Shown: positions 1-9,189 of the stretch, piece after piece
Numbering within the stretch: the first letter of the stretch is position 1
Layout: each line of letters starts with the position of its first letter
Origin: a virus
Taxonomy: Duplodnaviria; Caudoviricetes
Direction: 5' to 3' (one strand)
IMG/VR virus record: IMGVR_UViG_3300047157_000003
Location: 1-55,718 of that record
Length of the DNA: 55,718 bases
Notes under the pieces: model-generated
Told to the model about the DNA's origin: nothing
Database searches by the model: none
The model's input: the letters and a program-made list of their open reading frames with translations, nothing else
Position numbers and translations under genes: made by a program

Positions 1-16
1 CGGAGCGCAACCTGCG

Positions 17-538
17 CTATACAGCTTCTTCGTTATCGTATGTTATGTCGATTTGTTCGGTTTTTGTGGGATTTGCTTCAGGTGTTACATCAATCATGCG
101 ATCTTTAGCGCGAGTCATAAAGTCCTGCAACTGCTTAACGATTTGATCCCGTGTCATATTATCAACGTTTTCGTGTGTCACATGGCTACGGGCTACCATA
201 AGACCCGTTACCTTGAGTCTGAGTTCTTCTGCTTTAATAGCCGCCCCGAAGTTCCCTGCTTCCCATGCTTCATCTCTGAGTCGTTGCATATCCCGAACAG
301 ATTTGGTTACAGAAACCCCGTACTTGCTTTCGAGTTCCTGTCTCATTTCTTCCATTCGCTCTTTAACAACTGGATTGTTAAGAAGCTGAACGGCTCTCAC
401 ATTCGGCGACTTATACCCTGCCGCACGAGCCGCACCCGTCTGGGTCATATCTTTGTGAATATAATTATCTAAAAACTTTTGCTGTTGCGGTTGCAACCTA
501 CGTCCGCCCTTTTCTATTTGTTCTCCGACCTTTGGCAT
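17..538 (-). CDS. terS: Terminase small subunit
   Basis: N-terminal HTH 'QQQKFLDNYI...TQTGAARAAGYK...QLLNNPVV' typical of Terminase_2-family TerS, followed by a helical oligomerisation region. Confidence 0.8.
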   Translation of the reverse strand: MPKVGEQIEKGGRRLQPQQQKFLDNYIHKDMTQTGAARAAGYKSPNVRAVQLLNNPVVKERMEEMRQELESKYGVSVTKSVRDMQRLRDEAWEAGNFGAAIKAEELRLKVTGLMVARSHVTHENVDNMTRDQIVKQLQDFMTRAKDRMIDVTPEANPTKTEQIDITYDNEEAV

Positions 539-660
539 TTACAAACCTTTTAACTTACAGCACCTCTTAAATATAACCCAACAATAAAAAAAGAACAAGC
601 CCATAATAAACCAATAGTTCCCACACTGGAACAACTTTCCCAAGATCACAAATCACATCA

Positions 661-880
661 GGGGGGTTGGTTATATAACCCCCCCTATAAGGGGGGTGAC
701 GCGGTTGACGTAAAATAACCCATTGATTTTAAACAATATTCTGCGTCAAAACGCAAAACTGACGCAACTGACGTAAACTACCTAAACCATTGAAAACAAA
801 CAAAACTCTGCGTCAACATCAACTGCGTCAGGTTTTGACGTAAAAAAAGTTGACGTAGAAAATCGTTTAAAATCAATGCA
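661..880. repeat. Iteron-like locus: 9 TGACG/CGTCA copies, IHF-like sites and a C6-TATAA-G6 hairpin (candidate origin or packaging site)
   Basis: TGACG at 697, 706, 760, 769, 836, 851; CGTCA at 744, 811, 826; AATCAA-TGGG-TTA on minus strand at 716-728 matches WATCAANNNNTTR; lies in the divergent intergenic region between terS and the early genes. Confidence 0.55.
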
Positions 881-901
881 TAACTTTTCTTATGTTTTTG
901 C

Positions 902-952
902 TTGACCACGGCGCATATAGTGGGTATATATGGGATATTCTAGCAAACGGAG
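902..952 (+). promoter_or_regulatory. Sigma70-like early promoter with TGGGAT and ATTCTAGCAAA leader motifs
   Basis: TTGACC...TATATA with ~17 bp spacing, followed by GGAG RBS before ATG at 961. Confidence 0.55.
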
Positions 953-960
953 TATATAAA

Positions 961-1281
961 ATGCAGACGATTACAACAAAATATATTGGACCAACTGAAA
1001 AAAGATGTTCAAGAATTAAGGTTACACATTCTGGCAATTATGCAAGTATTATCATGAGTTATGATCACGCGTTAAATGCTGAGGAAAATTATGTTGTAGC
1101 GGCGAAGTTGCTTGCTGAACGTCTTAATTGGGATGGTCAATTTATTGGCGGTCACACAAAAGATGGCATGGTATTTGTAGACGCAAAGCCTGTTTATGAT
1201 TTCACAGTAACAAGCAAAGCGCCCAAATTAACTACAACCAAATCAATTGATGAAATTGCAGAAGCACTAGGAGCCGCGTAA
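961..1281 (+). CDS. Hypothetical early phage protein
   Basis: ORF with GGAG RBS; overlaps next gene via TAATG. Confidence 0.7.
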   Translation: MQTITTKYIGPTEKRCSRIKVTHSGNYASIIMSYDHALNAEENYVVAAKLLAERLNWDGQFIGGHTKDGMVFVDAKPVYDFTVTSKAPKLTTTKSIDEIAEALGAA

Positions 1282-1796
1282 TGTTACTTAAACTTAAAAA
1301 TATTAAGCGCACTGAGTGGGCGAGCCAAGAAACGCATTGTTATCAGGCGTCTTTATATGTAGATGGCAAGCCTGTTGCTGTTGTGAGCAATGATGGTCAC
1401 GGCGGTTGTGATAGAGACTATCCACACCCGAAGTTCAAGGGTGATTATCGTACTAAGATGAATGAGATTAACGATCATTTTAAATCTTTACCGCCTTCAC
1501 CTTTTAGTTACGAGGGCGCAAATGGCGTTATGATCCATGATAGCTTGGATCAATCTTTGGAGTCTTGGTGCAGTGATCAGGTCAACAATTGGCTTTCTGA
1601 GAAGGAATTAAAGCGTAATTTAAAGTCTTATGTTTTAATGCAAATCAAAGGCAAGGAAGGAATTTATCAAACTAAATTTCACCCAACTGTAACCAAGGGT
1701 GAATGGGTAACTAATAAGCATTCTGGGCAAACTAGGCGTATCTTAAATGATATGGATTTTTCCGATGCTTTAACTTTATGGAAGGAAAGTGCATAA
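1281..1796 (+). CDS. Hypothetical early phage protein (SQET...NDGHGG motif)
   Basis: ORF with AGGAG RBS and translational coupling. Confidence 0.7.
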   Translation: MLLKLKNIKRTEWASQETHCYQASLYVDGKPVAVVSNDGHGGCDRDYPHPKFKGDYRTKMNEINDHFKSLPPSPFSYEGANGVMIHDSLDQSLESWCSDQVNNWLSEKELKRNLKSYVLMQIKGKEGIYQTKFHPTVTKGEWVTNKHSGQTRRILNDMDFSDALTLWKESA

Positions 1797-2197
1797 TGTT
1801 TTATATGGCATACGGAATGAATACCAACCGCGAATCTATGGCGGTTCGGTGTCCACAAGCAAAACCAATGGGCGCATTTTACTTGCCAGATCATCGGCTA
1901 GTATTTCGCGGCGTTGCTGACTTTGTTCCAGACGTTGAAAGCGTTTTACCTGTTGTACTGTGGGAAATTACGCCCGATTGCTTACGTTCTTTAGATAGAC
2001 TTGAGGGCTACCCGCATTTTTACAATAGGCGCAAACTAAACGGCGCATGGATTATTTACGAAATGGTTGATCAATCGCGCACCAGTTTACCTAGTGAGCA
2101 TTATTATCGTATGATTGAGGAAGGTTACAAAGATTTTGGCCTTGACGATTGGCATTTACGCCGAGCGAGAGCAGACGCAAAGGAGCAAGCCGCATGA
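1796..2197 (+). CDS. Gamma-glutamylcyclotransferase (AIG2/GGCT-like) family protein
   Basis: 'YMAYGMN...RCP' N-terminal motif and 'LDRLEGYP..Y.R' catalytic Glu motif. Confidence 0.85.
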   Translation: MFYMAYGMNTNRESMAVRCPQAKPMGAFYLPDHRLVFRGVADFVPDVESVLPVVLWEITPDCLRSLDRLEGYPHFYNRRKLNGAWIIYEMVDQSRTSLPSEHYYRMIEEGYKDFGLDDWHLRRARADAKEQAA

Positions 2198-2272
2198 GCG
2201 AATTAGAAAACCCAATTACAGCAAACCGACACTAGCGGGAAAGTTCATTTAATTCCCGCTATTAAGGTTTCT

Positions 2273-2755
2273 ATGACCGCTATGGAAATTTCATGGCTGA
2301 TCGAGGGCTTAGATGCCCTTGTTTTGCCTAGTAGATCAAAACGCGTTAAACGTAGTTTGAAGCGCGCACTTACTGAAATTGAAAAGGAAGCATACAAAAT
2401 GACTAAAACAAAGAAAAATAATAAACCTTGGACTGCCGCAGATGATGCAGAGCTAGTTCTTATGCGTGAGGCTAAGACGCCAACGAAAGAAATTGCTAGA
2501 GCGTTAGACCGCACGCCTTCTGGGGTTATGAATAGAATTCAAAACAAGCAAATCCCTTACGGCAAAGAGCCAACATTTCGCGAAGTTGTAGATACAGCGT
2601 TTGCCAAGGGTGAAATTGAATTCGGTGAGCCAGACGAAAAGGGAAGCTTTGAACAACTAACAGATTTGTTAGGCCAGATGGAAGAGGACATTAAACCGAG
2701 CAAATGGTTTCCAAGGCTGCGGAAGTTCTTAAAGAAATTATTCGGGTTAAAATAA
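2273..2755 (+). CDS. HTH DNA-binding protein (GcrA/Myb-like helix-turn-helix)
   Basis: 'PWTAADDAEL...TKEIARALDRTPSGVMNRI'; true start may be ATG at ~2399. Confidence 0.55.
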   Translation: MTAMEISWLIEGLDALVLPSRSKRVKRSLKRALTEIEKEAYKMTKTKKNNKPWTAADDAELVLMREAKTPTKEIARALDRTPSGVMNRIQNKQIPYGKEPTFREVVDTAFAKGEIEFGEPDEKGSFEQLTDLLGQMEEDIKPSKWFPRLRKFLKKLFGLK

Positions 2756-2764
2756 CAAAAAATC

Positions 2765-2788
2765 AGGCGGATCTCCCGCCTTTTTTTA
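2765..2788 (+). terminator. Rho-independent terminator
   Basis: AGGCGG-ATCTC-CCGCCT followed by T-run. Confidence 0.7.
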
Positions 2789-2982
2789 TATACATAAGCC
2801 GAACAAATCATCGGGTTATAAAACCTACTGCTGTGTTATGCGCGCCAGTTGTTACAGGCAATGTGATGATTGAAACACCTTGCCCCAATTGCTGTGTTAT
2901 TGACACCCGTGGTTTTTACATCTATCCTAAAATTATTGTAATCAGTTTAACCTTACCTGTATTGATTACACTGCTCTTACTG

Positions 2983-3026
2983 ACCCCGACTGGCTAGGTT
3001 TCGCACTGCAAAGTCGGGGTTTTTTT
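2983..3026 (+). terminator. Terminator-like hairpin
   Basis: ACCCCGAC...GTCGGGGT followed by T-run; long 22-nt loop. Confidence 0.5.
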
Positions 3027-3113
3027 ATCCCGAACATAAATTTTCTTATATATGCCCTTGACCCCGAACATAAGAAATGTTATGTATTAGGTCTAGCAAA
3101 GAAAGGTAATAAG

Positions 3114-3446
3114 ATGACACAATCATTTCAATGGCTTATCACTTCATCAGGTCACTTCATGCACGGCACGGAAAAGAAGTTTTACAACAACTTAGCCCAT
3201 GCTGAGGAGCTGCCCGAAAATTTTAAAGATGCTTGCCACATGGCGTATGATCATTGCAAGGACTGCACGTCTATTCGTGTTTTACGTCTTGATCGCGATA
3301 CAGGCACTTTTGAAGATCAAACGGCTAAAGCTGTATATTTTATCGCGCAAAGCGTTTTAGACCTTCATGACGAGGAGAACGGCGTTCCCGAATGGGCGCA
3401 GGAGCAATTTGATGCCTTGGAACCAGTATTAGAGGGAGATTACTAA
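3114..3446 (+). CDS. Hypothetical protein
   Basis: ORF preceded by CTAGCAAAGAAAGG leader. Confidence 0.7.
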   Translation: MTQSFQWLITSSGHFMHGTEKKFYNNLAHAEELPENFKDACHMAYDHCKDCTSIRVLRLDRDTGTFEDQTAKAVYFIAQSVLDLHDEENGVPEWAQEQFDALEPVLEGDY

Positions 3447-3592
3447 TGAGTAATGCGCAAGTAGAAAATTTAGAGGAGTTTTTAACTTGGTTAAAGACTT
3501 GCCCAAATCATTACACAATTAGCTCGATGCAGGGCGGTTTTGTTCATGTAAAGTTTTTAATTTCAGTTGAAAAGAAAAAGGAAGACCAATGA
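3446..3592 (+). CDS. Small hypothetical protein (48 aa)
   Basis: TAATG overlap with GAGGGAG RBS; translated by hand as MSNAQVENLEEFLTWLK... Confidence 0.55.
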   Translation: MSNAQVENLEEFLTWLKTCPNHYTISSMQGGFVHVKFLISVEKKKEDQ

Positions 3593-3659
3593 AAAAAGAC
3601 ATAGAGCTTGAACGTATGCTTAATGAAGTTTTCGCAAAAGTATTTGGGAAGGACTGGTA

Positions 3660-3806
3660 ATGGCAAAATGGAATTTAAAAGGGGAGCGCATGGACATTAA
3701 AGATGTCCTTGTGCGTCTTAACGATATTATTCACGCGAAAGACCCGAAGGCTGAGGCTGTAAGGTTTAAGCGTGATCTTGTTGTTAAGTTGGAAGAGGAC
3801 AAGTAA
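3660..3806 (+). CDS. Small hypothetical protein (48 aa)
   Basis: TAATG-coupled ORF, MAKWNLKGERMDIKDV... Confidence 0.5.
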   Translation: MAKWNLKGERMDIKDVLVRLNDIIHAKDPKAEAVRFKRDLVVKLEEDK

Positions 3807-3807
3807 T

Positions 3808-4089
3808 ATGGAAAGACCAACTTTCAGATACATTCTTGACCGCTTAAATGGTATTAAAACGCAATCTGACTTAGAGGCATTGAAGTCCGATGTTGAGGGT
3901 TACTTGCCTTTAGATAAGTTCGAAGAGGACTTTGATGTTACCGCAGCGGTTGATAATTTGAAGCGTGACTATGTTAATAGAGCTTTAAATAAAGTCCCGA
4001 CATTACACGAAGCCGCAGACTTGCTCGGGTTAAAGAGCTATCAGGTTTTAGTAAATTGGATGAAACGACTGGATATTAAAAATGACTAA
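3808..4089 (+). CDS. Fis-type (HTH_8-like) DNA-binding protein
   Basis: C-terminal 'KRDYVNRAL...LHEAADLLGLKSYQVLVNWMKRL'; GAGGA RBS before ATG at 3808. Confidence 0.6.
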   Translation: MERPTFRYILDRLNGIKTQSDLEALKSDVEGYLPLDKFEEDFDVTAAVDNLKRDYVNRALNKVPTLHEAADLLGLKSYQVLVNWMKRLDIKND

Positions 4090-4414
4090 CAGAGCAGAAA
4101 TTCTTGAAACAGCAAAACAATATGTGACCAAAGACAGAGCGTCTGATCATGGCGACATGGAAGATAACTTTGAAATGATCGCAGACTTTTGGTCGGTTTA
4201 TTTAGACATTAGAATTAAACCGCATGAAGTTGGAGTTATGATGACGCTATTAAAAGTAGCGCGGATTAGGTCAAATCCCGAACACCCCGACAATTGGGTC
4301 GATGGCGCAGGATATATGGCTTGTGGCGGTGAGATTGCGGGAAAGAGAAAGCGTACTACAATCCCGAAAATTGATGCCAACGGCAAGTTTGAAAAACATG
4401 AGGAAGCGTTATGA
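4082..4414 (+). CDS. DUF6378-like phage protein
   Basis: 'DR..HG....F..IA..W...L....V..MM.LLK.AR......D.W.D.AGY' pattern. Confidence 0.7.
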   Translation: MTNRAEILETAKQYVTKDRASDHGDMEDNFEMIADFWSVYLDIRIKPHEVGVMMTLLKVARIRSNPEHPDNWVDGAGYMACGGEIAGKRKRTTIPKIDANGKFEKHEEAL

Positions 4415-4629
4415 CTTTTTACACAATGCTTGTGCTGACATATGTAATAGAAGGCACGGAAGTTCAAAAGAAAACTTTGTATAGAAACGCATATGAGTGT
4501 GGAAATGCACTGCCAGAAGCGTACAAACCATATGAGGATATGGATAGTATGGGTCAATGTATTGAGACAGACAGGGTATCGTCTAGCACTCTTATGCCAA
4601 AACTAAGACCTATTAATTTAGGAAAATAG
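4411..4629 (+). CDS. Hypothetical protein
   Basis: ATGA overlap with the upstream gene. Confidence 0.6.
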   Translation: MTFYTMLVLTYVIEGTEVQKKTLYRNAYECGNALPEAYKPYEDMDSMGQCIETDRVSSSTLMPKLRPINLGK

Positions 4630-4630
4630 T

Positions 4631-4752
4631 CGCGCAAGGCGGCGATGAATTCGTTTAAATGTTAGCGCATTTGGTAGCGAATTTATCTAAGTTCTGATCT
4701 GATATTAACTTTGCCCGTTTAAATCTGATTAAATTTAACCGCCTTGCCGTGC
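4631..4752 (+). ncRNA. Candidate multi-stem structured RNA
   Basis: Closing stem GCAAGGCGG/CCGCCTTGC with internal GATGAATTCG/CGAATTTATC and TTAAATG/CATTTGG stems; intergenic. Confidence 0.35.
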
Positions 4753-4844
4753 TTTTATAAACAACACAAATTCACAGTCAATCAATTATTGATCGAAAAC
4801 TAAATAAATGGTATAACCCGAACAAGTTCACTCGGAGATTATAC

Positions 4845-6380
4845 ATGGTAGCCTCACCTTACGCAAAATCAATTAGGTCAATGCCGTTTAGACAGCCTAG
4901 TTTTTCGTCTGGAATTATGCAACCTAGACCTAATTCTATATTTAATGATCCAAGAGGCCCACAACAGACTTTTAAAGACTATACTAGCGTTTTAGAACCA
5001 CTAAAGGGTATGTATTCAGATCGACTAGATGAAATTGTTTCTGCTCCTATTGAAAGTAAGTTAAAATACGATCCTACAACAATATACACTGACTCTAGTG
5101 GGGGGGAAATGGCTTATGCCGTAGATATAAACGGCAACGTTGATAAAACAAATTCTCTTAACGTAGGTGCGGCAGATAAAAGAAGGCAAGACAATTATCA
5201 AAAACGATTAGATGCCTATAATGCTCAGAAAGAATCATTAGGTGAAAATTTTACTTATGGTCAGCTAGAAAATTATAAATCTGATCAAAATCTTCAAGGA
5301 ATGAAGGATAAGTATTCAAACATAGACCAAGGATTTTTTGACTCTCCTGAATTTGAACATTTTAAAAGAGCAGGTGGTGGCGCAGGTACAAGGGATGTAC
5401 GTTTTAGTCCCTATTTTGGAAAGCAAGGATCAGGAAGCATTGGTGGACGACAAGATGAAATATATGAATCTTATTTAAATCGTGTAGGAAATACAGGTTA
5501 TCTTGAAGGTGGGCAAAATTTTGTTGCAAATGAAGGTTATGGTGTTAAACCTGATATGAGTGTTTCACTTACTAACAGACCTCAACCTAGTTTTACAAGA
5601 CCTCTTGGAAGCCCTTCTTTTGCAGATGCTTCTGGCGGTCAAGGAATTATGGGTAGACCGATGAGGCCACCACACAGTGGTTCGCATCTTCCAAACAATC
5701 CAATGAACCCTAATTATACTGGACCCAAGTTTGATCAATCTGCTTTTGATGAGTTTATGGGCGGATTAACTCAAGCTCAAAAAAATCTAGTAGGAAGTTA
5801 TGGTGCAAATCAAACGTACCAAGCGACTCAGCAGTATAGTAACCCGAACATGGGTATGGGTATTGGTGGTCAAAGACCTACAGGCATGGGAATGTTTGGT
5901 GGATTTCCTCAAAGACCTCCGCAAAGACCTCAAGGTATTATGGGTGGATTCGGAATGTTCAGGCCCCAGCAGCCAATGAATTATTCGGGTTATGGTGGAA
6001 TGCAGCGGCCCATGAATTATTCAGGATATGGAGGTATGCAGCGCCCGCAGCCAATGATGAATTATTCGGGTTATGGTATGCAGCGCCCGCAGCAGAATTA
6101 TGGAATGCAGCAGCCTATGAATTATTCGGGTTACGGACAGCAGCCAATGCAATCACCTTACCAGCAATACGGAATGATGGGTGGCGGATACCAGCAAAGT
6201 CCTTATCAACAGCCTTATCCCCAGCCGCAACAATACGGCGGATACGGAATGAGTCAGAGTTATGGTGGTCAGAGTAGTTTTGCCCCGATGTCGAACCCGT
6301 ACCAGCCGCAGCAGTATGGTAACTCGAACAATTTCTCAGGTTATGGAATGCAGCAAGGCCCGTTTGGCGTAGCGCGTTAA
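4845..6380 (+). CDS. 511-aa protein with Q/G/Y/M/P-rich prion-like C-terminal domain
   Basis: Long ORF with GGAGA RBS; repeated MNYSGYG(G)MQRP. Confidence 0.75.
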   Translation: MVASPYAKSIRSMPFRQPSFSSGIMQPRPNSIFNDPRGPQQTFKDYTSVLEPLKGMYSDRLDEIVSAPIESKLKYDPTTIYTDSSGGEMAYAVDINGNVDKTNSLNVGAADKRRQDNYQKRLDAYNAQKESLGENFTYGQLENYKSDQNLQGMKDKYSNIDQGFFDSPEFEHFKRAGGGAGTRDVRFSPYFGKQGSGSIGGRQDEIYESYLNRVGNTGYLEGGQNFVANEGYGVKPDMSVSLTNRPQPSFTRPLGSPSFADASGGQGIMGRPMRPPHSGSHLPNNPMNPNYTGPKFDQSAFDEFMGGLTQAQKNLVGSYGANQTYQATQQYSNPNMGMGIGGQRPTGMGMFGGFPQRPPQRPQGIMGGFGMFRPQQPMNYSGYGGMQRPMNYSGYGGMQRPQPMMNYSGYGMQRPQQNYGMQQPMNYSGYGQQPMQSPYQQYGMMGGGYQQSPYQQPYPQPQQYGGYGMSQSYGGQSSFAPMSNPYQPQQYGNSNNFSGYGMQQGPFGVAR

Positions 6381-6700
6381 TTTTCTCTAGGCAGCTCGTA
6401 TTTATCTTTAATCTTTACGATTGCTTTTTCAGAAGTATGTATAACTGCTGATATTTCTTTAATCCCGAAGCCCCGAAGCAACAGCATATTTATTGTAGTT
6501 GCTTGCTTTGTAAGGGCTTTCGGCTCTTTTTCACTGATTTCATCTTTAACGATGTGAAACGATGCTCTTCTTTTTTTATAGTTAGGCGATATTGAATCAA
6601 GCTTTGGGTTAGCTTTGCGATCTTTCTTCATTTGAATTTCCCAAAGCTGCTTATAGACATCTTGATACTTATCAACAACTTTTTGTGGAATTTTATCCAT
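6377..6700 (-). CDS. Hypothetical protein with possible C-terminal HTH
   Basis: 'LLLRGFGIKEISAVIHTSEKAI'. Confidence 0.55.
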   Translation of the reverse strand: MDKIPQKVVDKYQDVYKQLWEIQMKKDRKANPKLDSISPNYKKRRASFHIVKDEISEKEPKALTKQATTINMLLLRGFGIKEISAVIHTSEKAIVKIKDKYELPREN

Positions 6701-6927
6701 TAGTCCCACCTAGCATCGCCTTTAAGAACAACTGCATTGCCTACAATGCCCGTTCCATAAGTTTCAGATGCTTCCTTATTATAGTCTAGTCCTTTCAATA
6801 ACCCTTCTTCATTAACGAGGATTTGAATATCTTCATGAATAGGTGAACGAACCATTTCAACATACCCATCTACAAGAGACTGCGCCTCTTCCAATGTGGG
6901 TTTCTTATCTTTAAAAATGTGAATCAT
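6700..6927 (-). CDS. DUF3846-like protein
   Basis: 'PTLEEAQSLVDGYVE...VNEEGLL..L..N..AS......IVG.AV'. Confidence 0.7.
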   Translation of the reverse strand: MIHIFKDKKPTLEEAQSLVDGYVEMVRSPIHEDIQILVNEEGLLKGLDYNKEASETYGTGIVGNAVVLKGDARWD

Positions 6928-6975
6928 TTTATTTCTCCTTAAAGATGGGATTATTGCCATAATTTCCCACGATTG

Positions 6976-9189
6976 TCAAATGTTATCTCGACCTGTTTGA
7001 CGCTCATACTCACCTCTAGCGAGTGATCCATCCATAGCACCAAGCCACTTTTCTTCCCCACCTGTTGATAGTGCATACTTTCGTATCATTCCCATAGCGA
7101 GAGCTTCAGTAACGGCTTTTTTGATAGTTGTTTGACCGCCTGCGCCTTGCAAATAGACAACGCAAGGCTCAATAGCTTCCGACTCACGAATAGCATGGAA
7201 TATACCACTATTGACACCACCATGTGTAACAGCACGACCATCTAATTCTCTAATTCTAACAAACTCAACAATATGCGATAGTCTATCCCGAACAGATTGT
7301 GACATCGTTATAGATCGGACATCTTGTGACCTATCTTCGAGTAGGCCAGTGTTAGGATTACGGATAAAATGCCTAATATCTCTATTTGCAGGACCATTTG
7401 ACTTAACGACAGCTCCATCAAACACACCATTACGCGTATATTCTACATTAAGATCACGACAGCGTTGTTTTCCTGTACCTTCATCTACAGACCAGACCGC
7501 AAATGCAGACCGAACGCCATCAACAATAGCAGAAGTACCCCGAATAAGACTACGCGCTTGTTCTGGTGTTGTAACTGGATCGTTGTCTTTGATCTTTGCC
7601 ATATGGTGATTAACCATAACAGTAGCACCAGTTTCAGTAGCCATCTGTGCAAGTAAACTCATGAATGCAGCTCCTGCCGCCGGATCGGCGTTTACATCTG
7701 CGTGAACAAACGAGGCCATAGGGTCAATTACGATTAGCTTTAATGTTTCCATCTCTAGCATCTGATCATAAATCCGCGAGAACTCTTCGCCCATCAAATA
7801 TGTATTGTCGAACTTCTGCATGATAGGAAACACACCACCAAGGTTTGGCAATGGAAGCACACGCAACTTATGGCTGTAGACTTCTCTATGCCTTTGAGGG
7901 TCAAGGCGCGAAATACGTCTGTGCATTTCGTCTTTGTCATCTTCTGCTGTAATTAATATGACATCGCCGTGTTCTGCTACGAGGCCACCAAAAGCAGACT
8001 GCATAGATGTACCTGACGCAACCTTCATAGCCAAATCAAGTGTCATCATGCCCTTACCGCTATCTCCTGCCGCCGCAAATACACACGGAACTCCAAGAGG
8101 TATTGTATCACCAATAAGAAACTTTTGCTCAGGCACTGACCCGACAAAGTATTGGTCAACTAACAGGCTTTCATCAAGTAAGTTAATTGGTTTCTTTACA
8201 CTTCTCTCGTTCTTCTTGAGCATCTTCTCAATGTTAAAGTTTTCTTCCACGGCATCAGCGGCATCCCACTTTTCAGACTTAGTGGTAGGTATTTTAAGAA
8301 TTATTGTAGACTTTACGCCTGCTTCTTTAGCTTGAGCTTCAACAATAGAAGCAAGCTTCTTGCCTGCGGCGTCATTATCAGGCCACAATATCAGCTCTTT
8401 TCCTTTTAGCGGCGTGAAATCAAACTTATATGCTGTGTTTTCTGACAACATGCCAGCACCGCCAATTGTGCAAGTTGCTACATACCCAAGAGACGTAAGT
8501 GCATCAGCGCATTTCTCGCCTTCAACCCAAATAACTTTGTCTGAATCCAAAATGTTCGGGATATTGTATAAAGGTCTAGGTTCTGGAATGCCTTGGCGAC
8601 CTTCCATAAACTGACGAAACTGCTTTTTAGGCTTACCAGATGCGTCGAGTATCAGTTCACCTTGTGCGTTTTTCTCAAAATACTTACGAACTGATACAAT
8701 AACTATGCCATTTTCGTCGGTATAGTTGTATTCATCTTCAAAATCTGTGCTTGAGTTGATGCTCATGCTCTTTTGTTGCTGTGGAAATCCCTGCTGCGCA
8801 GTTGTAACTGCAAAGTTTGACGGATTGTTCGGCTTAACAATGTTTTCTGGCGGGGCAACATAGTCTGGGCTTATGTATTCCTTAAAGTATTCAACGCATT
8901 CAGCCAATGTATAGCCGCGACCTTCTTTGAATATCTTGCATATGCCCCCGACACCTTCACCTGATTCGAAATCTTTTCCGTTTAAGAACCAAGGACTTTG
9001 CATATCTATGTTGATAACCATAGACTTTCCTGCCTCACCACGAAGCGATCCAATATAAAACTCTTTGCCCCTTTGAACGCCTTCTGGGTATGTATCTATC
9101 AATGTTTGTAGCTGTACGCTACGAGGCACTTCTCTCGAAATACGCTCGGCTACATCTTTAGGTGACTTGCCAACGCTCAGTATATTCAT
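6976..9189 (-). CDS. DNA primase-helicase (TOPRIM plus AAA_25/RepA-like ATPase)
   Basis: TOPRIM 'WVEGEKCAD' and 'WPDNDAAG'; Walker A 'AAGDSGKG'; Walker B 'IVIDP'; 'RGTSA'. Confidence 0.85.
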   Translation of the reverse strand: MNILSVGKSPKDVAERISREVPRSVQLQTLIDTYPEGVQRGKEFYIGSLRGEAGKSMVINIDMQSPWFLNGKDFESGEGVGGICKIFKEGRGYTLAECVEYFKEYISPDYVAPPENIVKPNNPSNFAVTTAQQGFPQQQKSMSINSSTDFEDEYNYTDENGIVIVSVRKYFEKNAQGELILDASGKPKKQFRQFMEGRQGIPEPRPLYNIPNILDSDKVIWVEGEKCADALTSLGYVATCTIGGAGMLSENTAYKFDFTPLKGKELILWPDNDAAGKKLASIVEAQAKEAGVKSTIILKIPTTKSEKWDAADAVEENFNIEKMLKKNERSVKKPINLLDESLLVDQYFVGSVPEQKFLIGDTIPLGVPCVFAAAGDSGKGMMTLDLAMKVASGTSMQSAFGGLVAEHGDVILITAEDDKDEMHRRISRLDPQRHREVYSHKLRVLPLPNLGGVFPIMQKFDNTYLMGEEFSRIYDQMLEMETLKLIVIDPMASFVHADVNADPAAGAAFMSLLAQMATETGATVMVNHHMAKIKDNDPVTTPEQARSLIRGTSAIVDGVRSAFAVWSVDEGTGKQRCRDLNVEYTRNGVFDGAVVKSNGPANRDIRHFIRNPNTGLLEDRSQDVRSITMSQSVRDRLSHIVEFVRIRELDGRAVTHGGVNSGIFHAIRESEAIEPCVVYLQGAGGQTTIKKAVTEALAMGMIRKYALSTGGEEKWLGAMDGSLARGEYERQTGRDNI

